Virus record (IMG/VR): IMGVR_UViG_3300010213_000001
Span: 180,701-244,700 of that record
Reading direction: 5' to 3' (one strand)
Source: a virus
Lineage: Duplodnaviria > Heunggongvirae > Uroviricota > Caudoviricetes
Length of the DNA: 64,000 nucleotides
In this document: in pieces, positions 38,844-48,995 of the stretch
Layout of the letters: the number at the start of each line of letters is the position of its first letter
How positions within the stretch are numbered: position 1 is the first letter of the stretch
Translations under genes and position numbers: made by a program
Notes under the pieces: model-generated
The model's database searches: none
What the model was told of the DNA's origin: nothing
What the model saw: the letters and a program-made list of their open reading frames with translations, nothing else

Positions 38844-39227
38844 TTAATTATACTTGTCTTTTAAATACTTTAATCCCCATAATAAGGTTCCAATGTCTTC
38901 ATCAATATACTCAACATTTAATTTACCATTGCTATCAACAACAATAAAATCTGCTTTTATTCTATTAAAATGTATGCTTGATCTAAAATCACAATTATAT
39001 TCATCAGCAACCTTAGCCCAAAATTGGTGACCTTCTTTAGTCTTGCTCCAACTAAATGCTGAGGATATTCCTGGGTTTGTATCCCGACTATTAGAAGAAG
39101 CATAGTTTTCTCTTCTGTCTTTAGCTAACATCTTTAAATAGTGTGGTAGATCTTCTATTTTTATGCATTTATGCGGAACATCAGCTAAATTACTGAGACA
39201 TGTACGTAATATTTCTTTATTAGTCAT
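38844..39227 (-). CDS. hypothetical protein
   Basis: ORF track. Confidence 0.5.
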   Translation of the reverse strand: MTNKEILRTCLSNLADVPHKCIKIEDLPHYLKMLAKDRRENYASSNSRDTNPGISSAFSWSKTKEGHQFWAKVADEYNCDFRSSIHFNRIKADFIVVDSNGKLNVEYIDEDIGTLLWGLKYLKDKYN

Positions 39228-39585
39228 TGTATAAGTATTTTAGCCATACTGTAGACCAGAAAGATTTAGCTATTTCTTTATCTACCCTAACCAAATCATT
39301 ACCATCATAAATATACGGGAATGCACCATCCATTAAGTTTTTCATACTAAAGCACTGTAATGTTGCCAACGGTTTTTTATGTAGACAGTTTTTAGTAGCT
39401 TTACTAGAGTGACCAGGGAGAGCATCTATTATTCTTCCCAGGGAATAATCAACAAATGATGCTACTCCCACATGAGAGAAGTAACTATCTCTTAAACCAA
39501 GAGCAATATCTTTTAGAGTACTTGGTAATTGAGATATATAAACCGATTGCATAATCTCATTTATGTCTATTTTTTTCTTTTTCAT
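39220..39585 (-). CDS. hypothetical protein
   Basis: ORF track; 8-nt overlap with neighbour. Confidence 0.5.
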   Translation of the reverse strand: MKKKKIDINEIMQSVYISQLPSTLKDIALGLRDSYFSHVGVASFVDYSLGRIIDALPGHSSKATKNCLHKKPLATLQCFSMKNLMDGAFPYIYDGNDLVRVDKEIAKSFWSTVWLKYLYND

Positions 39586-39919
39586 TATCTAAAATGTATA
39601 GAGTTATCATCAAACTTACTAGATGTAGGACTATACCTACTCCTATATAATGAGATATGTCTAATAAGTATATATGATATGTTATAGCAATTAGGAGGTA
39701 TAGTAGAATAAAGAATAATTTATTTAGTCTGGAATCTTTACCAAATGCAGCAGCCAAGAAACAGGTTAGTATACTAAGAGCTGAAAAACTAAATAGCTCG
39801 TTTGTAATACTATCATAATTTACAATTTGTAATTGTATAAATGAGATCCTAGCTATTAGCTCAATACTTAATCCTATTACAAACATTCTCATTTGTATAG
39901 CAGCTAATTTTTCAAACAT
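39557..39919 (-). CDS. hypothetical membrane protein
   Basis: 3–4 hydrophobic helices. Confidence 0.45.
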   Translation of the reverse strand: MFEKLAAIQMRMFVIGLSIELIARISFIQLQIVNYDSITNELFSFSALSILTCFLAAAFGKDSRLNKLFFILLYLLIAITYHIYLLDISHYIGVGIVLHLVSLMITLYILDNEKEKNRHK

Positions 39920-39976
39920 ATATTTTTATATTTGTAGAGTATAGACAACTAAATAATTATCTATACTCTAGATTAT

Positions 39977-40171
39977 TTATTCTATTACTATTCCTAAGGT
40001 ATTGAGACCCAAGTACCTGTAAAACTCATACTCACTAGGAGTAACAGCATATACATATCCTTGATCATCTTCCTTTACTACACTGATTATGACCTCTTCC
40101 TTATATATAGTCTGATTTTTATTTATTCTATCCATTAGACTAGCCCAATTACTATTAGGTTTAAAGTGCAT
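39977..40171 (-). CDS. hypothetical small protein
   Basis: ORF track. Confidence 0.35.
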   Translation of the reverse strand: MHFKPNSNWASLMDRINKNQTIYKEEVIISVVKEDDQGYVYAVTPSEYEFYRYLGLNTLGIVIE

Positions 40172-40355
40172 AGTGAATCTAACTGACCTAGTTTCTTCAG
40201 TGTAGAATAAAACTTGAATAGATGAATCAGCACTAATAATGGTATAAGGAATATTTGGATCGTCCTTAGCTGAGCAACTGAATGCAAAGCTTAATAAACA
40301 TAAAAAGCAAGCAAAAATCTGAAAGGTTTCATAGTATTTTGTAATTATGATTTAC

Positions 40356-41204
40356 TTATTTTCTTAAAAGTAAAGGTGAGCTACCAGATCCAAATTGTAG
40401 AACATTATTAGATCCATAAGGAGATACTCCTTTCTTAGCCCACTCTCTTTCTGTTTCAGCCCTATATAACTCTAAGTATCTTGGGTCACTTAGCAATTCT
40501 TTAGTCTTACTATCAAACTTTGCTGCTTCGTATTCTCCTTTAGCTCTAGCTACTTCAGAGTCTGCATCTCCTTTGGCTTTAGCAATCCTAGCTTGAGCTA
40601 GAGCAACTTGTTCAGCTTCTTTCTTAGATGCTAGCTCATTCCTACCTAGTTGAACAGCTGTTTCCTCTGCAAGCTTAGACACAGAATTTGGGATGTCTAC
40701 ATCTGTCATTTGTAATCGCTTGAACTCAATAAAGAATTCTGGTAACTCTGAAGCAATTAGCTTACTAAGCTTTTGTTCAGCTTCATTCCTCTTAGTTATA
40801 TTCAACTCAACAGCAGAGTATTGAGGTATGACTTCTTTACAAGCAGACTTTACAGTCTTAACCAATTTAGTTTGATAGTCACTAATCTTTACATGAAGAA
40901 GATTTACCTTATCTGGATCCAAATTATAATCCAATGACACTTCAACTTGTGTAAGCATATTATTGATATCATTGAATTCAAATTTCTCCACTAGTGTTTG
41001 TTCTCGAACATCATATTCGACCATATTCGCACCGAATAAGAACTCAATTCCTCCAGTGATTCCTTCAGGGTAAACTTGAGTTGTGTCTGTCTCACCTCCA
41101 AAGCTGACTTTGACCCCTTTATGTCCAGAGTCTACACTAGTGCAGCTGATTAGCGTAGTTATAAAAAACAAAACAGATAATAATTTAAAGATGTTAAATT
41201 TCAT
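40356..41204 (-). CDS. SPFH / band-7 (prohibitin/HflKC/stomatin-like) domain lipoprotein
   Basis: Lipobox signal MKFNIFKLLSVLFFITTLISC. Ala/Glu/Lys-rich coiled coil ...ELASKKEAEQVALAQARIAKAKGDADSEVARAKGEYEAAK, typical of the SPFH C-terminal region. Confidence 0.55.
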   Translation of the reverse strand: MKFNIFKLLSVLFFITTLISCTSVDSGHKGVKVSFGGETDTTQVYPEGITGGIEFLFGANMVEYDVREQTLVEKFEFNDINNMLTQVEVSLDYNLDPDKVNLLHVKISDYQTKLVKTVKSACKEVIPQYSAVELNITKRNEAEQKLSKLIASELPEFFIEFKRLQMTDVDIPNSVSKLAEETAVQLGRNELASKKEAEQVALAQARIAKAKGDADSEVARAKGEYEAAKFDSKTKELLSDPRYLELYRAETEREWAKKGVSPYGSNNVLQFGSGSSPLLLRK

Positions 41205-41612
41205 AAAATTAATAATTAGTGATTGACGATTAATTAAAATTACCTATAATATACATTAGTGTACCCAAATATATTAGTACTGACAACTTTGGTAAGCTTT
41301 TTCACCTTTAGTTGTTTGTTTCTATCTCTATTATATTTAGATAGTAATATATCAAGTTCTTCTTGAGACATTACTACGATAGAGTTCTCATTGACTTTAA
41401 CTCTAGAAGATACCTTGTATGAGTAAGCTCTTTTATAAACTGGAACTGCAATATACTGAGGAACCTTATCTATATATGGAATCTGAACAGTTTTATACTT
41501 TGGTTCTTTTTCTGTATAATTAACTGTTTTATATTTATCTTCACATTTTTTCTCATATACAGTTTTGGGAACCTGTTTAGTTTTTCCTGGGATAACAATG
41601 TCACTACACTTC

Positions 41613-41894
41613 TTAAATTTCTGGAATGTAAACTAATGTAAGTATGTTGCTAGTAGCTATAACTTTACATTCTTTACCTACATTAGAAATATCATTCCAT
41701 ATACAAGCCCAATTTATAGTAGTGTCTTTATCAAACTCCAAAAGTTCAGACGTTTTAAAATCAGAAGCTGGAATAGTACTTAGAATCTTATCTAGTACAT
41801 AATCAAGAAAGTTTGATACTTCCTTTATGAAATCTTCTGACTTTTCATTTCCAGATTTAAGTTTAAACTCAATATCTTTAATGATTATATTCAT
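41613..41894 (-). CDS. hypothetical protein
   Basis: ORF track. Confidence 0.45.
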   Translation of the reverse strand: MNIIIKDIEFKLKSGNEKSEDFIKEVSNFLDYVLDKILSTIPASDFKTSELLEFDKDTTINWACIWNDISNVGKECKVIATSNILTLVYIPEI

Positions 41895-41916
41895 AAATAA
41901 TTATGTTTATAGTTGA

Positions 41917-42126
41917 TTACGATTTTAATATTACAATTTCCTTATTTATCCGCTTGATATCACTATCAGTTAAAGGAATTTGCTTGTTTGTTTTCTTTTC
42001 CGTTTTAGTGCCAGCTTTTAACTGATTTTCTAATCTAATTAAGGCGCCTGCACGACGTTGTTGTTTTTGATTACTCATTTTGTTTTTAATTAGAATTATT
42101 ACAAATAAATCAAGAATAGATATCAA
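41917..42126 (-). CDS. hypothetical small protein
   Basis: ORF track. Confidence 0.35.
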   Translation of the reverse strand: MISILDLFVIILIKNKMSNQKQQRRAGALIRLENQLKAGTKTEKKTNKQIPLTDSDIKRINKEIVILKS

Positions 42127-42317
42127 TCACTATCTTTTTCATTATTACCTATTCTCAATACCCAATAATATAAAAATAGAAAGGCTAAGATTCCAAAGCC
42201 TGTACCACTAGCAATACTTAATAGGATTCCATTACCTTTGATTAGGAACGCAACAGTACCCATTACTGCCAAGGGTATACTCAAAGTTAGAGCTGTACGT
42301 AATGTGTTATATGTCAT
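42123..42317 (-). CDS. hypothetical small membrane protein
   Basis: Two hydrophobic helices in 64 aa. Confidence 0.4.
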   Translation of the reverse strand: MTYNTLRTALTLSIPLAVMGTVAFLIKGNGILLSIASGTGFGILAFLFLYYWVLRIGNNEKDSD

Positions 42318-43062
42318 CTTTTGTTTGATTTTGGTGAATACATTCTTTTATTTTAGATAAATGGAATTGTCTTTGTTCTTCATTATCAAATTCCCCTTGA
42401 AATCCATCATTAAAATCAAATGAATAGACTACTTTACCACCAAAAGGCATTTCACATTTCAGTGAACCATAACGTAACCTTATATAAGCTATACGACTTT
42501 GCTTTCCTAGATTAAGATTATATGCTTCCTCTGATTCATAGACATCATATTGTTCTGGACAAGCAAGACTTGTTTGTTTAAGGAAATAGTTTGGCGTATT
42601 ACTTTTTAGTCTTTCTGAACTAGCAGTAGCAATATCAATAATAGATTTAATTCCTTCTGATAACCTTTTATTAAATTCATTAGAACTGATTTCTTTAAGT
42701 TCTTGTAATTTAAAGAAAGGAACAAACTCATAATCAATAGAATGTATTTCATACACGTCTTGCTCATCTCTAGAAAATAACATTCTTATAACTTTAAATG
42801 CTGGATTTGTCTGTAATACCACATGTCCAGTCCCTATATTTATAATTTTGTATATTGTTACATCAACTGATTTCCCCTCATCTTGATAGTCTTCATCAGA
42901 AAAGCATTTACCTATATAGGACTTAAAGTCTATGTTCTTGAACTTTTCTTCAGCTATCTTAGAACTAATCTTTACTATCTTAGCATTAATACTTCTGGCT
43001 TCTTTTCTAGCCTGCTTAAGTTCTTCAGTCAGCTCATCAAGAGATTTTTTGTTTTCTTCCAT
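42307..43062 (-). CDS. hypothetical protein
   Basis: ORF track. Confidence 0.5.
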   Translation of the reverse strand: MEENKKSLDELTEELKQARKEARSINAKIVKISSKIAEEKFKNIDFKSYIGKCFSDEDYQDEGKSVDVTIYKIINIGTGHVVLQTNPAFKVIRMLFSRDEQDVYEIHSIDYEFVPFFKLQELKEISSNEFNKRLSEGIKSIIDIATASSERLKSNTPNYFLKQTSLACPEQYDVYESEEAYNLNLGKQSRIAYIRLRYGSLKCEMPFGGKVVYSFDFNDGFQGEFDNEEQRQFHLSKIKECIHQNQTKDDI

Positions 43063-43067
43063 TGTGT

Positions 43068-43520
43068 TTATATTTTTTCCAACTTACTTACATCAATTTT
43101 ATTAATAGCTCTGTCGTATCTCTCTTGAAGTAATACTTTTATTTCTTCTATTTCTTCATCTAGCAAGAATTCTGGTTGTCGATCATTCACTAATAATCTA
43201 GATAGTTCTTTAGATTTAATTGTACCATGCTCGAGATAATAAACTTCTTTATTCTCTGCAAAACTCCAACGCTTAAATAATACTGGAAAGATAGGCTTCT
43301 CTTTAGCTTTATCTATCCTTTCTAATATATCTGAAAGTGTTAATACTGTACATACAAATACAAATATAAAATGTAATATAATTGCCCAATTTACAGTGGA
43401 TAGTAACATGGCTATAGTATTTATTACTGCGCCACACACAGTAGCAATTAATGGACCTAATGGTTCCTTTTTATACTCATCTGGATAGTAGTTTACCGTG
43501 AGTTCAGATTTGTTTAACAT
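43068..43520 (-). CDS. hypothetical membrane protein
   Basis: Two TM helices after the N-terminal region. Confidence 0.45.
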   Translation of the reverse strand: MLNKSELTVNYYPDEYKKEPLGPLIATVCGAVINTIAMLLSTVNWAIILHFIFVFVCTVLTLSDILERIDKAKEKPIFPVLFKRWSFAENKEVYYLEHGTIKSKELSRLLVNDRQPEFLLDEEIEEIKVLLQERYDRAINKIDVSKLEKI

Positions 43521-43782
43521 ATTAAATAGGTTAATAGAATAAATAAAATAGGGTATAAGAATATACCCAATAAAATATGCAATAATGTTTTCATTTCAAT
43601 TGTTTATAATGTTCCTATTACTCCCCTTTTACAATGTGTTACAATATATACATCTCTTTCTTCTTTACTATTAAAGAATAATGTATATTGATTATTACCA
43701 AGTTCTTTATGAGGAGTTTTTAGAACTTTGTTTCTTCTTCTTTTAGAAACATTTGGTAATATCTTTAAAGTTAATTCGTACA

Positions 43783-44088
43783 TCAGCTATTACCTCTAGT
43801 TACAATCAACTCACTGTTCACAGATACTTCCTCTTTATAGAGATTATAAACTATTAAGCTTTGAAATACATCTAGTGTAGTATGATCTTTAACAAGAATA
43901 ACACTAATTAGTATTTCGTTGTTCTCGCTAGTACCTCTCTTAACAGAAGTTACTTTATAGATTGGTTTTGGTTTATTCTTAAACTTTTCTTTCAATCTAC
44001 TATTAAATTCACTAAGTAAGAGTCCCTCACTCATGTGTAAATCTTGTAATGTTAGTAAGCTTAACACTAGTTCACTTAGTTCTTTCAT
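43783..44088 (-). CDS. hypothetical protein
   Basis: ORF track. Confidence 0.45.
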   Translation of the reverse strand: MKELSELVLSLLTLQDLHMSEGLLLSEFNSRLKEKFKNKPKPIYKVTSVKRGTSENNEILISVILVKDHTTLDVFQSLIVYNLYKEEVSVNSELIVTRGNS

Positions 44089-44152
44089 GTTTATTTATAT
44101 TTAAAAGTTAAAGGTAGACAGTAGTTGTCTATTGTCTACCTAAAAGCAAAGA

Positions 44153-44407
44153 TCAAGAGATACCAAGCATTCTAACTCCATCATCTATGGTAGAGTTAAT
44201 TGTTATTGGTCTGTTAGAAGATATTGTAGCATCTATAATGCGAGCTAGCTCAAGTAAATTGTCCTGATTATCATCAGATTCAATAACAAATCCCATACTT
44301 GATCTATTTAGTACAATTAATCCTTTGTCAGAAGGAGTAACTAGAACAATAGACTTTAAAGGTATCTGAATAGCTGGTTCTTGATCACAAACAATTGTTA
44401 AATACAT
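44153..44407 (-). CDS. hypothetical protein
   Basis: ORF track. Confidence 0.45.
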   Translation of the reverse strand: MYLTIVCDQEPAIQIPLKSIVLVTPSDKGLIVLNRSSMGFVIESDDNQDNLLELARIIDATISSNRPITINSTIDDGVRMLGIS

Positions 44408-44437
44408 AATATTAAAAATTAAGAGTTGAAGATTGAA

Positions 44438-45019
44438 TTAAATAATAAATCTGTCTGGAATAGCGTATATAGCACTAAATATTTCAGATCGTATATGAGT
44501 CAAAACATTTACCATAAATAAATCTATAGTGTATTGATTCCATACAGCATCATCTATATTTACTAATATAGTATCTCCAGATATTAGCTTTTTATTTAAA
44601 ATTAATTGCTTATTCGTTCTGTATATCTTGGAAGTGCTCAGTTCAGTGTAAAGCGTATGGTTATGACTACAATAGTTATCTATAAGCTTTATAAGATTAT
44701 GAGCGTTAATAAAAGTGATCTTATTAGTTAAGATAGATTTCTCAATTCTACATATAACTTTGAATATATCTATCTCTTCTTCAATTGTTGAAGCTTTAAG
44801 ATCTTTCAGAAATTGAAATATGAAATCTCTACTGACTTCTGATAATCCTAATACAGCTACAACAGTATTAGCAGTTTCTACTTCTTCTGTATATATAATA
44901 ATAGGTTGATCATCAGATTGATTTGTTGCTGCTTCGGCAACTAACACATTTTCCATTTCAGGCTTTTGAGTATTCTCAACTGCCTCTTTGGATTCTTCAA
45001 GTTGTTCTTTTAGTTTCAT
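44438..45019 (-). CDS. hypothetical protein
   Basis: ORF track. Confidence 0.5.
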   Translation of the reverse strand: MKLKEQLEESKEAVENTQKPEMENVLVAEAATNQSDDQPIIIYTEEVETANTVVAVLGLSEVSRDFIFQFLKDLKASTIEEEIDIFKVICRIEKSILTNKITFINAHNLIKLIDNYCSHNHTLYTELSTSKIYRTNKQLILNKKLISGDTILVNIDDAVWNQYTIDLFMVNVLTHIRSEIFSAIYAIPDRFII

Positions 45020-45030
45020 GAAAAGATAAA

Positions 45031-45585
45031 TTAAAATTGTTTTCGTGAGAATAAATCAAAGTCTTTGATAGACATTAATTTATTTAGTGCACTAGTCAGT
45101 ATATTTAAAGTACCACTATTTCTCAGTACACTATATAGCTCTTTTATCTTAATAAATAAAGCTATCTTAGCCTCATAAGAAATGTGATCTAAGTTACAGT
45201 CGTTAGCTATCATATTGATAAGTGAATCTTCAAAAGTATCTGTTTGCTTATCGTATAATAGTTGTATATCGTCAAAAGATATATTATCTATACTTATATC
45301 TTTATTAGATAAATGAAGCTCTACTAGGACAGCTTTGTCTTGATGAGACAGTCGTCTCCACCAATCTCTTACAACATTAACTTCTTCTAAATTGTAATCA
45401 ATTATTGTAAATTCTTCAGGTGAATTATCTACTAGAGAATCTAACCATTTGAATTGTTCAGGAGTACTTGCAAGACATCTAGATTCAAGTTCACGAATCC
45501 ACGTACCAACACTTGTACCATTGACTACCATATACTCACATACTTTACCAGCTAATGCTTTACGTGATATAGCTTTTAGTATCAT
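45031..45585 (-). CDS. hypothetical protein
   Basis: ORF track; 4-nt overlap with upstream gene. Confidence 0.5.
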   Translation of the reverse strand: MILKAISRKALAGKVCEYMVVNGTSVGTWIRELESRCLASTPEQFKWLDSLVDNSPEEFTIIDYNLEEVNVVRDWWRRLSHQDKAVLVELHLSNKDISIDNISFDDIQLLYDKQTDTFEDSLINMIANDCNLDHISYEAKIALFIKIKELYSVLRNSGTLNILTSALNKLMSIKDFDLFSRKQF

Positions 45586-46112
45586 GCGCTTATGTATTTT
45601 ATTTTGTTAAAAATTTTAGTGAATCTATTGACAAGAAATTCTGGTATTCCATCAGTGATGACAATATCTACTTGTCCGCCTTCAAATGAACTAAAAGATT
45701 GATTCTTCTCATTCAATTGGTTCAACATATGCTTAATAGTAGCTCCACTCTCTACAAAATCATCAACAATTACATTGTGATCATCAGTATAGATGCTGTA
45801 ATGTTTACTTTTATGACTTTCTTCAGTAACTTTATCTATATATAATATAGATAAATGCTTGTATCTTTTGAGAAAGAAGAACTTTTTAGTTTGTAAATAA
45901 TGAACTATACCAGCAGCAATGATAGCACCACTACTTCCAGTACATATAAGTCGTAATTCACAATCTCTTTTAAGAAGTTTACTCTTAATATGCTTCTTTT
46001 TTAGAATTAAGATAGCTTCAGCCATTTTCTTAATTAGTGGAGCATTATGCTCTATATTTTTACCAACAGGATAATACATTCTGTTGATATTGTTATCTAC
46101 GATTTCTGTCAT
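45582..46112 (-). CDS. phosphoribosyltransferase (PRTase)-fold protein candidate
   Basis: PRPP-binding-like motif NVIVDDFVESGATIKHM (hhhhDDhh.sGxT). Confidence 0.4.
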   Translation of the reverse strand: MTEIVDNNINRMYYPVGKNIEHNAPLIKKMAEAILILKKKHIKSKLLKRDCELRLICTGSSGAIIAAGIVHYLQTKKFFFLKRYKHLSILYIDKVTEESHKSKHYSIYTDDHNVIVDDFVESGATIKHMLNQLNEKNQSFSSFEGGQVDIVITDGIPEFLVNRFTKIFNKIKYISA

Positions 46113-46124
46113 TGTGCTAGAAGA

Positions 46125-46412
46125 TTAAATTTGAGGATCATCATATTCTAATGGAGTTCGGATACATATAAAACGGTTAGGAGCTAGTCCCTCTAAAGAA
46201 ATCTCCACAGTTTTACCTTCTGCTAATAATTTCTTAGCTAGAGTAATAATACTCATTACCTTTTTAGGAGAATCAGTTGTATCGTAGTAATGGTAGCTAC
46301 CTTTAACACTAAATGTTATCCTGCCATTTGAGTAAGATATTGACTTAACATTCTTATTAGGTATGTTATGGATAGTATCTTTTGCTAGGTTATATAATAC
46401 TAAGTAATTCAT
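46125..46412 (-). CDS. hypothetical protein
   Basis: ORF track. Confidence 0.45.
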   Translation of the reverse strand: MNYLVLYNLAKDTIHNIPNKNVKSISYSNGRITFSVKGSYHYYDTTDSPKKVMSIITLAKKLLAEGKTVEISLEGLAPNRFICIRTPLEYDDPQI

Positions 46413-46444
46413 AGAGATAGTTATTTAGAGTGAATGAAAATCAG

Positions 46445-46512
46445 TTCTTTCATCAGGAATCGAACCTGATATTGGAGTGATAGCTCCCGTGTTACCATTA
46501 CACTATGAAAGA
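46445..46512 (-). tRNA. tRNA-like gene with truncated anticodon arm (possible pseudo-tRNA)
   Basis: Minus reading: UCUUUCA-UA-GUGU-AAUGGUA-ACAC-G-GGAG-CUAUCA-CUCC-AAUA-UCAGG-UUCGAUU-CCUGA-UGAAAGA-A. Perfect 7-bp acceptor stem, 4-bp D stem and canonical T-arm. The anticodon arm has only 4 bp with a 6-nt loop (67 nt total), so decoding function is doubtful. Confidence 0.45.
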
Positions 46513-46522
46513 AGCCATTACC

Positions 46523-46750
46523 TTAAACAATATATTTATATAAATCATTTAAGATTGTTTTTGCGCACGAATGTTTTGATTGTAATTTAAATCCAGATAA
46601 TTGACCTTCAAATATACTTGAGCAGCCTAACTGCATAAGTTTACAAGATAGTCTATCATATCTTTGTTTGTTATTATTTATCCATACTTGTGGAAATAAT
46701 ATAGTTGCGGTATCTTTACTTCCTTTAACGATTACTTGATTTGAGTTCAT
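46523..46750 (-). CDS. hypothetical protein
   Basis: ORF track. Confidence 0.4.
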   Translation of the reverse strand: MNSNQVIVKGSKDTATILFPQVWINNNKQRYDRLSCKLMQLGCSSIFEGQLSGFKLQSKHSCAKTILNDLYKYIV

Positions 46751-46986
46751 AGTTTTGAAATTTTTGACTCTATAAAATCTTCAATGCATTGTAGACTAGA
46801 AGGTTTTAAATCTATTATAGAGAACTTCTGTCCTTTTATAGATATATCTCCTCCCCAAGCTTTGATATGTTTGCCACTTAGATTAATAAGAGTAATAGTT
46901 ACATCTCTAGCTTCATCTATCTTAATAAATACATTGGGAAATTTATATAAGTAGCCTGTGAAACATAAAATTGTTGGACTAATCAT
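46747..46986 (-). CDS. hypothetical protein
   Basis: ORF track. Confidence 0.4.
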   Translation of the reverse strand: MISPTILCFTGYLYKFPNVFIKIDEARDVTITLINLSGKHIKAWGGDISIKGQKFSIIDLKPSSLQCIEDFIESKISKL

Positions 46987-46992
46987 TAGTTT

Positions 46993-47412
46993 CTAGTTAT
47001 CACTTAGTCTTGATATTATAGACACTATTGCTTGTTTCTCAGACATAAGAAATAGTGTATTATCTTCTAACTCTGATAAGCTTTTTAGCCGCACTGTAGG
47101 ACTGTTCTGTATATAAGATAGTTTATTCTCTTCAGTCTTAGGTACCAAATAGTAGCTTGTGTGAAGTAGGCTTTGCTTCTTAATACAATTATAATTAGTT
47201 GGAATAAGTACATACTTTACTCCCTCTAATGTGTTGTCTACTGCTACATCTTGAAATACCACAGGAACATTCTCCTGATCAAGAATAGTGTATTTATCAG
47301 TAGTTAATATTACAGCGGCTAATAATATTATAAGCCCAACGAGTATCAATCTTATTGATATCTTCATAATTAATTTATTATTAATAAGGTAATTAAATAT
47401 ACAATACTGCAC
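46993..47412 (-). CDS. hypothetical protein with N-terminal signal-anchor
   Basis: Hydrophobic segment ISIRLILVGLIILLAAVILT. Confidence 0.45.
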   Translation of the reverse strand: MQYCIFNYLINNKLIMKISIRLILVGLIILLAAVILTTDKYTILDQENVPVVFQDVAVDNTLEGVKYVLIPTNYNCIKKQSLLHTSYYLVPKTEENKLSYIQNSPTVRLKSLSELEDNTLFLMSEKQAIVSIISRLSDN

Positions 47413-47720
47413 AAAAGTGTAGTAAGGAATACTTTAATATATAAAGTATTGTGATTTGAGCCAGCACTTAGTATTCCTAATACTGACAAGATTACTAGAC
47501 ATACTGATGATTCTACTAACAATTCAAAGTAAACAAAACCAGTTGTTAGTACTATCAATGCTAGTATTAGATAGACAACAAAAGAATCTATTGATCTTGA
47601 TCTTTTTAGATCTCTTATATCTTCTATTATTCTACTTCTAATTAAAGCATTTGATGCATCAATCATTTTTTGTCTAGCAGCTTCTTTTTGTTTTTGCTGC
47701 TGGTTTAGTTTATTAGCCAT
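47370..47720 (-). CDS. hypothetical membrane protein
   Basis: Two TM helices. Confidence 0.45.
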   Translation of the reverse strand: MANKLNQQQKQKEAARQKMIDASNALIRSRIIEDIRDLKRSRSIDSFVVYLILALIVLTTGFVYFELLVESSVCLVILSVLGILSAGSNHNTLYIKVFLTTLLCSIVYLITLLIIN

Positions 47721-48043
47721 GACAGATAAATTTTACAGATTAGTACACAAATTAATATGAGTAGTTGTATAGCCGACAATTGCCTGAGATATTTAAATCC
47801 GACTTCTGTTGGACAATTATCATCCAATCTATTGTATTTTAGATATATTTCTTCATAGAAGAAGGCTATCACAAATTGAACTAGAAATAATCCCCAGTAA
47901 ATTGTAAATAATCCTCCAACATACACCACAAAGAGTACAAAGTTAAAAGGCTTAAGATTATAACTAGTCCATTCAGGATTTAAAACCCAACATATTTCTA
48001 CTATAATAGCTATCACTAGTAATAAATAGAATAACTCTTCCAT
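47705..48043 (-). CDS. hypothetical membrane protein
   Basis: Three hydrophobic helices. Confidence 0.45.
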   Translation of the reverse strand: MEELFYLLLVIAIIVEICWVLNPEWTSYNLKPFNFVLFVVYVGGLFTIYWGLFLVQFVIAFFYEEIYLKYNRLDDNCPTEVGFKYLRQLSAIQLLILICVLICKIYLSWLIN

Positions 48044-48348
48044 TATTCTATACTATATATAACATAACCATAGCCATAGTCCTCATAATCAAGATTATAG
48101 AATATTACATAATCTCCATCTTCTTGATCATATTGTTCAGCTATGTTCATGATGTCCTTTAACTTGTTAGCATGGGTCAATCCCTTTACTTCAGTTAAAG
48201 TATTAGTACATATACTTGTATCACAAGCATTATCTACTTTATAGACTCCGTTAGCTATTAGCTTAACACTATCTTCATCAATGTTCAACTGCTTACGCAA
48301 TTTGGTTTGTTTGATGCCTTGTCTTTTTATTGAGATATTTTTCAACAT
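48043..48348 (-). CDS. hypothetical protein
   Basis: ORF track. Confidence 0.45.
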   Translation of the reverse strand: MLKNISIKRQGIKQTKLRKQLNIDEDSVKLIANGVYKVDNACDTSICTNTLTEVKGLTHANKLKDIMNIAEQYDQEDGDYVIFYNLDYEDYGYGYVIYSIE

Positions 48349-48350
48349 AA

Positions 48351-48680
48351 TTAGTTAGATTTAATATTGCCAGTTCTTGTAGTTACTGAGCCTTTTATTG
48401 ACCCACCTGCTTTGACATTCCCACTATTAGTGGTAACATTACCAGATATGTCCCCTTCAATAGCAACGTTACCACTTCTAGTTTCTACAGTTCCAACATT
48501 ACCATTAACAGTTACATTAGTGGCTTTGAGATCAAGTACATCTACATTACCATTAATTATAACTGTAATATTATTGTTGTTTGTTGGGTTACCAGAAGCT
48601 AATTTTCCATCGATATATACATTACCATCTATAATAGATAGTGCTCCATCAGGATAGTCAACTCCATTAACGGTTATCAT
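48351..48680 (-). CDS. bactofilin-like beta-helical repeat protein
   Basis: 109 aa of short Gly/Asn/Val repeats: NGNVDVLDLKATNVTVNGNVGTVETRSGNVAIEGDISGNVTTNSGNVKAGGSIKGSVTTRTGNI. This is the DUF583/bactofilin-type beta-helix pattern. The plus-strand ORF 48367..48657 is its shadow. Confidence 0.45.
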   Translation of the reverse strand: MITVNGVDYPDGALSIIDGNVYIDGKLASGNPTNNNNITVIINGNVDVLDLKATNVTVNGNVGTVETRSGNVAIEGDISGNVTTNSGNVKAGGSIKGSVTTRTGNIKSN

Positions 48681-48988
48681 TGTTTTATATAATATGTTAG
48701 ATGTGGATAATTTTTAGAAACATATAATTGTAATTTCAATCTATGCTTAAGTGGTAAGATAGATAAGTACCACTTTATAGTAGCTATTCTCTGAGAATCA
48801 TCCTCACATTGATGAATATTTACAATAACAATTCTGTACATTGCATCATAATCTATCTTATGAGTTGGTACTTTTTCTACTTCCTTTGAGGCAGTATAAA
48901 GTGTTTGAGTTGTATCGTCTTGAGCTACAACCTTAGGAGCTACTAAAGACAACATTACAATTATTATAAATACTAGATTCTTTGTCAT
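48677..48988 (-). CDS. hypothetical secreted protein
   Basis: Signal peptide MTKNLVFIIIVMLSLVAPKVVAQ. Confidence 0.5.
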   Translation of the reverse strand: MTKNLVFIIIVMLSLVAPKVVAQDDTTQTLYTASKEVEKVPTHKIDYDAMYRIVIVNIHQCEDDSQRIATIKWYLSILPLKHRLKLQLYVSKNYPHLTYYIKQ

Positions 48989-48995
48989 AATTAGT

